Source: a virus. Taken from it: DNA of 49,490 nt. Location of the stretch: positions 93,638-143,127 of IMG/VR virus record IMGVR_UViG_3300022932_000014, one strand, 5' to 3'. A program made the position numbers and the translations under genes. Within the stretch, counting starts at the first letter, position 1, and every line of letters starts with the position of its first letter. Shown one piece after another: positions 36,286 to 44,612 of this stretch. The notes beneath the pieces are model-generated. The model made no database searches, was not told the origin of the DNA, and saw only the letters and a program-made list of their open reading frames with translations.

Positions 36286-36465
36286 TTAAACAAAGAGTCT
36301 TTGAGGACAGTTATCACTATGTTCTCCTGTAGTCATATAACAACACATACATTCATTGGAAGGTTGACTGGCCTCCCACAAATCAATTATTTCTTGCTCT
36401 GCGTCAGCTAATGTAATAGTGCCATCATTTAAATTGTCAAATACTTCTCTTATTTCTTTTATCAT
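36286..36465 (-). CDS. hypothetical protein (59 aa)
   Basis: read by hand; CxxC..H...C tail. Confidence 0.55.
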   Translation of the reverse strand: MIKEIREVFDNLNDGTITLADAEQEIIDLWEASQPSNECMCCYMTTGEHSDNCPQRLFV

Positions 36466-36875
36466 AACGTATTTATATCAATTGCTAACCCTTTTTTGAT
36501 TAATCCGTGAATATCGAAATGATGTTTCAATAACAAATTTACCAAATAAAATTCTACACAATCTAAACTTTTGTCTGATTGATATATAGATAAAATAGTA
36601 TCAATGTCATTGCTTACAAATATATCATTCCATATTTGCTCAGTAAGGTCGGATAGTGGCCTTAAAATAGGAAAAACATCACAATAATACATCTCTTCTG
36701 TAACTGTTCGGTCTTCTTCGTAGATCTCGACAAAAACACTATTCAACCCTACTATTTCAAATACTTGTGGAGTAGGATTGTCGTCAAATTCTGTATCTGC
36801 CGTATATTCACCTGCAATGTGGCATTTTAAATCTGTTCCTAGGTACCCTTTAAGGTGTTTTAATTCTAATTTCAT
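36462..36875 (-). CDS. hypothetical protein (common Bacteroidota-phage family)
   Basis: LELKHL..YL, PILRPLSDL, HFDIHGLI..GLAIDINTL. Confidence 0.8.
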   Translation of the reverse strand: MKLELKHLKGYLGTDLKCHIAGEYTADTEFDDNPTPQVFEIVGLNSVFVEIYEEDRTVTEEMYYCDVFPILRPLSDLTEQIWNDIFVSNDIDTILSIYQSDKSLDCVEFYLVNLLLKHHFDIHGLIKKGLAIDINTL

Positions 36876-36993
36876 ATATTTCTAAATTTAAATATAATTT
36901 ATATCTGGCTAATCTATACAGTAGCTCATTATTATAATTTTGTCTTGCTTCCAACATTACATATTTCCACCAAATTCTTTTAATTGCTTTCAT
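36850..36993 (-). CDS. hypothetical protein (47 aa)
   Basis: read by hand: MKAIKRIWWKY... Confidence 0.4.
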   Translation of the reverse strand: MKAIKRIWWKYVMLEARQNYNNELLYRLARYKLYLNLEIYEIRIKTP

Positions 36994-37011
36994 ATTTTCC
37001 GCGAAAAGGAT

Positions 37012-37299
37012 TTAAAAACCAGAAAAAGTTACACTAATAATACCTTTTATATTACTATTAGGTTTAGTAACTTCCAATTTAGCTCCTCCTCCTTGAGTAA
37101 TATTTTTACTTAAATCTAAAAGATAATCTTCTCCTACTTCCTCTTCTTTATCTCCAAAGAAATCCATTAAATGCTTTCTAACAGCTTTAACTACATCTTG
37201 TCTCTTTGGGCAGAATATTGAATTGAAATATTCTTTACCGTCTAACTCTCCATTAATTTCTACAAATGTATTATTTTGTGCTTTGTTTATTCTTTTCAT
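37012..37299 (-). CDS. hypothetical protein
   Basis: first ORF after promoter. Confidence 0.7.
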   Translation of the reverse strand: MKRINKAQNNTFVEINGELDGKEYFNSIFCPKRQDVVKAVRKHLMDFFGDKEEEVGEDYLLDLSKNITQGGGAKLEVTKPNSNIKGIISVTFSGF

Positions 37300-37319
37300 G
37301 TTATATGTTTAATTTTTTG

Positions 37320-37350
37320 TAAATTTAGTTTATTTATTTTTATTGTGCAA
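37320..37350 (-). promoter_or_regulatory. promoter (variant -7) for the minus-arm accessory operon
   Basis: reverse strand TTG 37350-37348, 20-nt spacer, TAAATTTA 37327-37320. Confidence 0.6.
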
Positions 37351-37355
37351 GATAT

Positions 37356-38111
37356 TTACTGAATATTTTCATAATCAACTGTATAATTATACATTGCTTG
37401 GTAAACTTCTGGTTCAATTAAAGGTTTCCATTCGTCTGCTACTCTCTTCATTTTTGCTTCCAAGGCTTGCTTATATACTGAACATGCTTTATTTAAGTCA
37501 CTAAAATTCCCCAGTGAAGGCCTATTTTTTCCTTCACTTATTCTGACCATATATTTTTTACCATTTTTTGTGATTCCTAATGGAAGCTTACTCTTTTTGA
37601 AAGGTTGAGTTTGAAATAAAATATTAATTACTTTAGGAACAAAGCAACAAGTTGATTCAGAGTATACTCTATTTCCTTTAATTAATATATCTTTGTCAAG
37701 CTCCCATCTTTTCATAGTTTCTGGATTATATTTATTTGTCATCCATTCTGCAAAATTTTGAAAGTTATGCCACTTTTTATCAACCTCACACCCTCTATAA
37801 CTAGGATTTTTAATTAGTTCTGCTTCATCATAACATCTACATAATATTTTTCTCCACTTATCATATATTATACTCTTTCTATATGCTCTATATTTTCCAT
37901 AACCTAAATACCCAACTCCATATAAAGTAGGTTGATTGTAGTTCTTTACATTTCCTTTTACTATACTACCAAATTCAACATTGTAATTTATGGTGCCATC
38001 TTGAAATCTAATAGTGCAATCATAGTATCCTTTACAATCAATTATTTCAATCTCTCCATAATGTTTTGTGGGAAATCTTAATCCAATTCTTTCTTCGTGA
38101 TTTATCTTCAT
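37356..38111 (-). CDS. HNH-like homing endonuclease with C-terminal AP2 domain
   Basis: YGVGYLG, W..IL.RCY, WHNFQNFAEW, LDKDIL..GNRVYS..TCCFVP..IN, LPLGI..LGNF; start re-set to ATG 38111 (MKINHEE). Confidence 0.85.
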   Translation of the reverse strand: MKINHEERIGLRFPTKHYGEIEIIDCKGYYDCTIRFQDGTINYNVEFGSIVKGNVKNYNQPTLYGVGYLGYGKYRAYRKSIIYDKWRKILCRCYDEAELIKNPSYRGCEVDKKWHNFQNFAEWMTNKYNPETMKRWELDKDILIKGNRVYSESTCCFVPKVINILFQTQPFKKSKLPLGITKNGKKYMVRISEGKNRPSLGNFSDLNKACSVYKQALEAKMKRVADEWKPLIEPEVYQAMYNYTVDYENIQ

Positions 38112-38117
38112 ATTTTT

Positions 38118-38213
38118 AAAATAAAAACCCACCCAATAGGACGGTTCGAGCGCCTAAAAGGTGGGGTAACAATAATTTCTTTTAAATTAATTAAGCCTCG
38201 AACGAATAATCAA
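38118..38213 (-). promoter_or_regulatory. two-hairpin kissing-loop leader (copy 3)
   Basis: reverse strand: TTGATTA/TAATTAA hairpin with loop GTTCGAG; ACCCCACCT..TAGG / CCTA..GGGTGGGT hairpin with loop CTCGAAC; T tract before ATG. Confidence 0.65.
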
Positions 38214-38218
38214 CGAGG

Positions 38219-38250
38219 CAAATATACAAATTGTTTTTGAATCTACCAAA
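38219..38250 (-). promoter_or_regulatory. promoter of HNH-like gene
   Basis: reverse strand TTTG 38250-38247, 20-nt spacer, TATATTTG 38226-38219. Confidence 0.75.
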
Positions 38251-41200
38251 TTAATTACTATCTTTATTTAAAAATTGCCACATGGGAACTGAGAAAAAAT
38301 CATTTCCTTTTACTTCACTATAATATTTTTTATTTTCATACGCCGTTCCTGGGTCAACTAATTGGTTTAAACTGTTGGAAAATGGTGCGATTTTACCGAC
38401 ACTACTTAAAACTTTACCTTCTTTCCAAGCATTCTCTTCAAGTAGTTTATTTAAGGATAATATTTGATCAAAGGCTTGTAAAGGTTCTTTCGCCACGCTC
38501 CAATACTGGTTAGCTATTCCTAAATTTGAGGAATGAAGTTCCCCCACAAGTCGGTAAGTAAGTAGATTACTCATTTGTAGTGCCCAATTCTTACGTTCGG
38601 GGTCATCATCAGCTAGACCTCTAAGTAGCATTGAGATTAGCATTATGGTATTACAGAAAAGTAAATCAACTCCCAATCTTTTCAAATTAGATTTTCTCAA
38701 TTCTGATAATTCTATTCCCTGAACAACTTCTTCTTTTAAGTTTTGGAGTTCTTGGTTTTCCTCAGGTGTTCTATTAGATATTTGTTCTAATTCATTTATT
38801 CTTGTTTCCTGTTCTGTAAAATTACCATTATATTGATTTTTAAAAGCTTGTATGAATGGCACTCCATTCTGCTTCCATTCTTTAACAATGTCATTCATCA
38901 TTCTATAAATTCCAGAATAAGAACCGCTTTCTAATTGTCTCGACTGAGTGTTAAATCCTTGAGGCTTAAATCTTTCTTCCGCAAGCACCACCATAAACCC
39001 CTTGAACATCATAATGAAATTTAATAGAAAGTTTCGATTTGCGGCCACCTTGTCTTCATGTGATAATTGTAAATCGATTCTTACGTTTAAGTTCTTAACT
39101 TGAATTCTAATATCTTGACTAAGTCTTTCTATCTCTTGTTCTATTGCCTCATCGGAATACTTATTTCCATTATTGTCAACTAATATCTCTTTGAGTCTTT
39201 CTCTATTAAAACTCACTTCCCCGCTATCAGAAACGTCTTGGAAATCATACATAACTGTATTCTCATTAGACCACTTTTCTTTTATCTCAGCATTTGTTAT
39301 TTTTAAGTTGGCTGTTCTTTGATTACGTTGAAAGTCGGTGAATTTGACTACTCGACCATCCACTATTCTAAAATCATTTAAAACTGTTAGCATCCCTTTG
39401 CCGTACAAAGGGTAGTTTACAGATTGATAGAGCAACATTGAACTCTTAGAAAGTAACCTAGGAAAAGCTCCAAATTTAGAACCATATAGACTACCCTCTA
39501 GTTCAAACGCCCCCCAAAATTGACCTATAGAATTAAGCTTAGATTTAGTTCTAACAGAATTTATCTCTGATATAGCATCACCAACTTCTTTGTGGTATAA
39601 AGCGCTACCTCTCTTAAATGAGTCATTGTTTATATATTGCCCTACAATTCTTTCTACTGTCTGTTTTGCTTTAGCTGTGAGCATAGCGGTTGCAGGTATG
39701 ACTATAGAACCCCCCAAACCTTTGAAGCGAAGAAAACTACCTAGTCCTTCCACGACCTTGCCGCCATCTATTTTGCCGACAAAAGGCACATCAATTGTAG
39801 CTGTAGCGGCTTGTTTTATACCGAAGAAATCATTATCCATCGCACTGTCAAGTGCTTTAAATCTATTAGTAGCTGTTCCTATCTTTCCATCGGCATTTGT
39901 TCTTGTAGAAGCTTTGTCTATAATTGCCATAGCATCTCCAAAATATTTTACTCTCGAAGCATAGATATTCGCAGCTTTATTAGTCATAGCAAGCCCGTGA
40001 AAAATATCTTCTGTAATATCTGTTTGGTTTTCTAATCTTGCATAAAAAGGTTTTGGAATACTTTTGTTTGCGGTTCCTAATCTATTATCCCCCTGTATCT
40101 GATCGTCCTCAGTATATGTGGTTATGTTCTCAAAAGCATCTTTTATAGACTGCCCTGACAAACTTTTTAATCCTCCCAAATAGCGTTCAATTCCTTGCTT
40201 TCTGATTTGTGGAGTCAAATAAATATTATAACTTGAATCTCCATCCATTAATGCAATTTGGTCTTTTCTTAGCTTTATTGTAGCTTTATAAACTTCAAAT
40301 AGTTTTTCATTTTTTGTGGCCGAAACATAATTACCTTCATTATCTCTTGTAACTGCACCAAATAAATTATCAAATTCTGTATTTTTATATTTGCTTAATT
40401 TAGGTTGTTGACTTCCCATTCCCGAATTAACAATATAATTTGGGTTCATTTGTGAAGTATCTTCATCTTGAAAACTGTAATTTGGTTTTACTTCTACGTA
40501 TTGGTATTGTCCCTGCTCTAAATTATTCAGGATTTCGCTTACAGGTTTGTCACTATTTAAATCATTTTGAAATTCTACATATCCTTGTGGGGTATATCTT
40601 CTATAATAAGGTAATAGTCTGCTTTCTGCAAAACTTCTTACAAACTGATTTTTAGTTGTAGGTTCAAGTAGATCTTCTTTAGAGAGATTTTGTTCTTCTA
40701 ATTTTCTCATCACAGATTTAGGAAGAGTTTCTCTAAAACCGTTTATGTAACTCTCGACGCTATCTTGCATTTGTTGAGTTGTTTTTCGGTTTTTTGCCGT
40801 CATATTGACTTTAGCTTCTTCCACGATCTTATTAGTTAAAATCTCAAGCTCAACTCCTGCTGTATCTGTTGTATCAAGTCCTAAGTCTAAAAGTCTTTTA
40901 TTCCAAGACTCATTTACTCCCGAAACTCCCTCTACAAGATTTTCAATATCTTCAGAAGTAATATCTGCTGTTAATTCTCTTGCTTCGGCATAAAGTTCTT
41001 CTAAATTCTCTTGAATATCCCTCACTGTTTGTCTGGCCAATTCAGGCATGTTCTCAACATCAGTTTCTGAAGGATTTGAAGATTTAGTATAAATTTTAAT
41101 AATGTTTTTAAGTCTGAAACTATTTGCTTTAATATCTTCTATTAAGTCTTCATTCCCGCCTACATCTTCTAATTTATCTACTAACCCTTTATTATTGCCA

Positions 41201-44200
41201 AAACTATCCCAGAAATCGCTTGAAAAGCCTATTTGAGAGTTTAATTCTAGTGCTTGTATTTGAGTTTGTCTGTCGTCTTTACTTAGAATTAAATCTATGA
41301 AAGATTGTGGTAATTGAGAACTTCCTTCAGGTGTTGTATTATCATAAGAGTTATCTAATTTGTTTAAGTCTAAAGCTTGTCTTGAAGGTGCTGGTAATTC
41401 ATCAATGTCGCCCATAGCCTCAATGATTGTTTTTCCTTCTTCGTTTTGACTATATTTTAAACCTTCTTTTAGATTTCCGAGTTCGTCAACAAACGATTTT
41501 AATTGTTTCCTTTCTAAATTTAAAGTGTTTAACTGTTGTATGTCTTGACCGCTAAGTAAAGTTAAATCTATTTTACCATTAGTGTCTCTCGCTCTTTCTG
41601 TTATTCTTCTTTTGTCGGCGTTAAGCCCTTGAAGAATATTTTGAGTGTTTTTAGAAATATTTAAATTGACAAACTTTTGCTCTAATTCAGCATAATATTC
41701 ATCTTTCATTCGGCGCTCAGACTCATTTTCATTTAGCTTTCTTGTAGCTTCATAAATACTGTCTTTTTGCTCATCTGACCATTCTAATGTCCCTTTACTT
41801 CTTTTATTTAGAATTTCCTCATCTTTAAGTTTAGTGTCTGTGAATACTTTCTTATATTCTTGCAAGAAGTTTTTATCTAACTGTTTTTGATAACCTGCAA
41901 TATCTCTTTCTGACAAGAAATACCCATCTTTAACAAATGTAGAAATAACTTTTTCGTCGAATCCATTATCATAAATAACTTTTTGCCAGTTTTTAATTTG
42001 ATTGTGATCTGCGCGCGATCCTTCAGAAATCATTCCTGTTTTAACAGTTGCAAATAATGACATTAAACTATCGGGGGCGTTCGATAATGTGCCGAAGGTG
42101 CTACCAATCCATGAAATATCATTCTCCGCACTCACTGTCCAACGCATCATAGCCTCTTTTTCTCTGGAACTTAATCCCCTGTCAATTGTAACGGCATTAA
42201 TTTGCTTCTCAATACTTTGTTGTTGAGTTACATCTCTTTGTGCTTTTAAGTTAGATATATTTTGAATTGAGTCTCCAATACTTTTAGATAATGTTTGCCA
42301 AACAGTTAGTTTATTTAAAGTCGTGTCATCCTCTATTAGCTTTTTAATTACGCCTAAAGTGTCTGTTGTTTCCCCTATAAGATTTTTAAAAATCATTACT
42401 TCTTCTTGTGATAAGTCGTAATTTTTTCCTTTATCTTGTGAATCTTTTATCGCGGCGAAAAGTCTATTTACATTATTATCTGCAATTCTGGCCACTGTAG
42501 CTACAGCATGGACTTCTAGTTTATCGTCAAGTTCTTTTTGTACAGCTAAAAGCCTGTTTTTATTGAATTGAGATCCTTGTTGATTTCTTGATAAATCGTC
42601 ATTTTCCCTACTTAAAATATCAATCTGCTTTTTAGTTTCTTCCGCGATTCTCTTAGCGTTGGAAGATTGGTCTAAAGAGTAGAATCTTTTTCTATTGTTA
42701 TCTAAATTATCTAATTGTAGCCCACTAATATCACCTGTATTTAAAATATCTTGAATATCTGCAATAATTCCATTTAAATCAGAAATATATTGTGGTTTAA
42801 AATAAGAAGCAATATCTTGAAAAAACTGTTGGATAAATTGAATTGCGCTATTGAAGAAATTTTGAGTTGTTTCAGAAACAGGCGCTGATTGTTGAACAGC
42901 ATTTAAAGCTATTTTTCCTAAAACTTCTTTACGAACAGCCATTTCAGTTTCTTCTGCGTTGTATTCTCTACTGTAAACTTCTCTATATGTTTGCGAAAAT
43001 TCTTTATATTCTTCAGATTTGTCTATATTTCTTAGTACATTTTCAAGTCTTTCTTGTGGAAGTGCTTCTACTATAAAGTGAATTGTTTCTTCAGTTAAAT
43101 TTTCTAGTGTTTCTGCTCCTGTTTGGAAAGCAATAACTCTTTGTGCAATATCTGCCAAAGCTTCAGCCTGGATAGGTACAGAGTTTCTAATTTGAAATTT
43201 CTCAGTGTAGTTTGTAATCGAAGTCACAGTTACACCCATGTTTTTAAGAAGTTTATATAAAGATAGTTTAATCTCGTCTTCTGTTTTTACAGTTTCTGGT
43301 TGTTCTTCCTCTGAAGTCTCTCTGTATAAAGGTACATTTCTTTTATACTCTCTTTCCGCGAAAATTTCCTCATAGTTTTCATAACGAACTTTAAGTTCAT
43401 CAATTGAGAGTTCATCCAATTCTTGCGCATCAATTATTTGTCTTTCTCCGCTTTTATTGTAAACTACTGTTTTACCTAAATTCTCATTAAGTCTCACAGT
43501 TGTTCCAGAAACTTCAATTCCTAAGCTCCCTAAATTTGTCATTGCAGAATTAGCTAACAAATCTAAAGAAACATTTTTCTTCATTTCGCTTTGGCCTTCA
43601 CTTTGAAGCAAATACTCATTACCTATTCTCACTCTGTTTTCAGACATTGTTCCTTCCAAAATAGATGCTTGTGTAAAGCCATTAACTGAAGATTTATCTA
43701 CGTTTTTAGTTGTAGTTAGAATAGGTGTGAATTTATTATTTGATAAAAATCCTAATTCTATTTTTTGGCCGTCTGTTGCTTCTTTTAACGCGGATTTTAA
43801 TGAGCTAAATTGTTTTCCATTTACATCATGCGTAAATTGAATACCATTTTCATTTATTGAAGGAATACTTACAAAATCTTGAAACTGTTGTAAGTCTTTT
43901 GCTGAGCCTAAAACATGAATTTGATTGCTATTAGGTACAACAATTTCATCCATATTATTATTGGTAGTATAAGATACAATTACGCCATCATATCCTTCAT
44001 TTTCTAATTCTTCGCTGGTTTTAGGAGCTATAATAGTTTTAGAATTTCTATATAAAGGATTGGTTATGTTTAGAATGACATTTTTTACCGCACCTTTTTT
44101 ACCTGTATCCATATTAATTGAATACCCCTCAGCTTTATAGAAATTATCTGTAAAATAGAATCCTTGGCCAAAATCCCCTATAGTTTTATTTCTGTCACTT

Positions 44201-44559
44201 TCTGTACCTATTTGAGTGGCATCAAAGTCTTCAAAATCTCTTTTTGTGCCGTGATAAACCACATCTTTTAATTGGCTTTGAGGGAATATCTGAGATAAAT
44301 ATTCTTGATATTGTTCAGCCGTACCTATTTTAGATAAATCTTGGTTTTGATTATAAATAGAAGAAATCCTAGGTGTAATTTCTTTTACTGTTTTATCTAT
44401 TTTCGGCGAATAAATGTTTTTGTATATTTCTAACGCTTTCTCAGTATTTTCAATAAACGGATTTGAAGCTACACTTATGAAAAGCCTACTTTCATTTCCA
44501 TTTTGATCTAATACTTTTGTTATGAATCCCTCCGAATTTCTATCAACTTTACAAGCCAT
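38251..44559 (-). CDS. giant (2102 aa) putative virion/ejection polyvalent protein with N-terminal ADP-ribosyltransferase-like domain
   Basis: VYHGT, GQGFYFT, LNITNP, GYDGVI, DEIVV (aa ~100-210); degenerate zincin motif LTEETIH; long helical body. Confidence 0.75.
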   Translation of the reverse strand: MACKVDRNSEGFITKVLDQNGNESRLFISVASNPFIENTEKALEIYKNIYSPKIDKTVKEITPRISSIYNQNQDLSKIGTAEQYQEYLSQIFPQSQLKDVVYHGTKRDFEDFDATQIGTESDRNKTIGDFGQGFYFTDNFYKAEGYSINMDTGKKGAVKNVILNITNPLYRNSKTIIAPKTSEELENEGYDGVIVSYTTNNNMDEIVVPNSNQIHVLGSAKDLQQFQDFVSIPSINENGIQFTHDVNGKQFSSLKSALKEATDGQKIELGFLSNNKFTPILTTTKNVDKSSVNGFTQASILEGTMSENRVRIGNEYLLQSEGQSEMKKNVSLDLLANSAMTNLGSLGIEVSGTTVRLNENLGKTVVYNKSGERQIIDAQELDELSIDELKVRYENYEEIFAEREYKRNVPLYRETSEEEQPETVKTEDEIKLSLYKLLKNMGVTVTSITNYTEKFQIRNSVPIQAEALADIAQRVIAFQTGAETLENLTEETIHFIVEALPQERLENVLRNIDKSEEYKEFSQTYREVYSREYNAEETEMAVRKEVLGKIALNAVQQSAPVSETTQNFFNSAIQFIQQFFQDIASYFKPQYISDLNGIIADIQDILNTGDISGLQLDNLDNNRKRFYSLDQSSNAKRIAEETKKQIDILSRENDDLSRNQQGSQFNKNRLLAVQKELDDKLEVHAVATVARIADNNVNRLFAAIKDSQDKGKNYDLSQEEVMIFKNLIGETTDTLGVIKKLIEDDTTLNKLTVWQTLSKSIGDSIQNISNLKAQRDVTQQQSIEKQINAVTIDRGLSSREKEAMMRWTVSAENDISWIGSTFGTLSNAPDSLMSLFATVKTGMISEGSRADHNQIKNWQKVIYDNGFDEKVISTFVKDGYFLSERDIAGYQKQLDKNFLQEYKKVFTDTKLKDEEILNKRSKGTLEWSDEQKDSIYEATRKLNENESERRMKDEYYAELEQKFVNLNISKNTQNILQGLNADKRRITERARDTNGKIDLTLLSGQDIQQLNTLNLERKQLKSFVDELGNLKEGLKYSQNEEGKTIIEAMGDIDELPAPSRQALDLNKLDNSYDNTTPEGSSQLPQSFIDLILSKDDRQTQIQALELNSQIGFSSDFWDSFGNNKGLVDKLEDVGGNEDLIEDIKANSFRLKNIIKIYTKSSNPSETDVENMPELARQTVRDIQENLEELYAEARELTADITSEDIENLVEGVSGVNESWNKRLLDLGLDTTDTAGVELEILTNKIVEEAKVNMTAKNRKTTQQMQDSVESYINGFRETLPKSVMRKLEEQNLSKEDLLEPTTKNQFVRSFAESRLLPYYRRYTPQGYVEFQNDLNSDKPVSEILNNLEQGQYQYVEVKPNYSFQDEDTSQMNPNYIVNSGMGSQQPKLSKYKNTEFDNLFGAVTRDNEGNYVSATKNEKLFEVYKATIKLRKDQIALMDGDSSYNIYLTPQIRKQGIERYLGGLKSLSGQSIKDAFENITTYTEDDQIQGDNRLGTANKSIPKPFYARLENQTDITEDIFHGLAMTNKAANIYASRVKYFGDAMAIIDKASTRTNADGKIGTATNRFKALDSAMDNDFFGIKQAATATIDVPFVGKIDGGKVVEGLGSFLRFKGLGGSIVIPATAMLTAKAKQTVERIVGQYINNDSFKRGSALYHKEVGDAISEINSVRTKSKLNSIGQFWGAFELEGSLYGSKFGAFPRLLSKSSMLLYQSVNYPLYGKGMLTVLNDFRIVDGRVVKFTDFQRNQRTANLKITNAEIKEKWSNENTVMYDFQDVSDSGEVSFNRERLKEILVDNNGNKYSDEAIEQEIERLSQDIRIQVKNLNVRIDLQLSHEDKVAANRNFLLNFIMMFKGFMVVLAEERFKPQGFNTQSRQLESGSYSGIYRMMNDIVKEWKQNGVPFIQAFKNQYNGNFTEQETRINELEQISNRTPEENQELQNLKEEVVQGIELSELRKSNLKRLGVDLLFCNTIMLISMLLRGLADDDPERKNWALQMSNLLTYRLVGELHSSNLGIANQYWSVAKEPLQAFDQILSLNKLLEENAWKEGKVLSSVGKIAPFSNSLNQLVDPGTAYENKKYYSEVKGNDFFSVPMWQFLNKDSN

Positions 44560-44585
44560 AATTTATTTTTAGTTTTTTATTTGTG

Positions 44586-44612
44586 CAAATATACACTTTT
44601 TATTTAGAACAA
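44586..44612 (-). promoter_or_regulatory. possible promoter between the two giant genes
   Basis: reverse strand TATATTTG 44593-44586; TTG only at a 16-nt spacer. Confidence 0.4.

Noticed and set aside
38135-38170. GGTTCGAG resembling a tRNA T-loop
   Set aside because: No acceptor, D or anticodon arms can be built; it is the complement of the leader hairpin loop on the minus strand.
131-43363. TTT-[GC]n-AAA sites as intrinsic terminators or restriction sites
   Set aside because: Stems would be A-T only with a GC loop and no U tail, the core sequence is variable, and many copies lie inside genes in either orientation.
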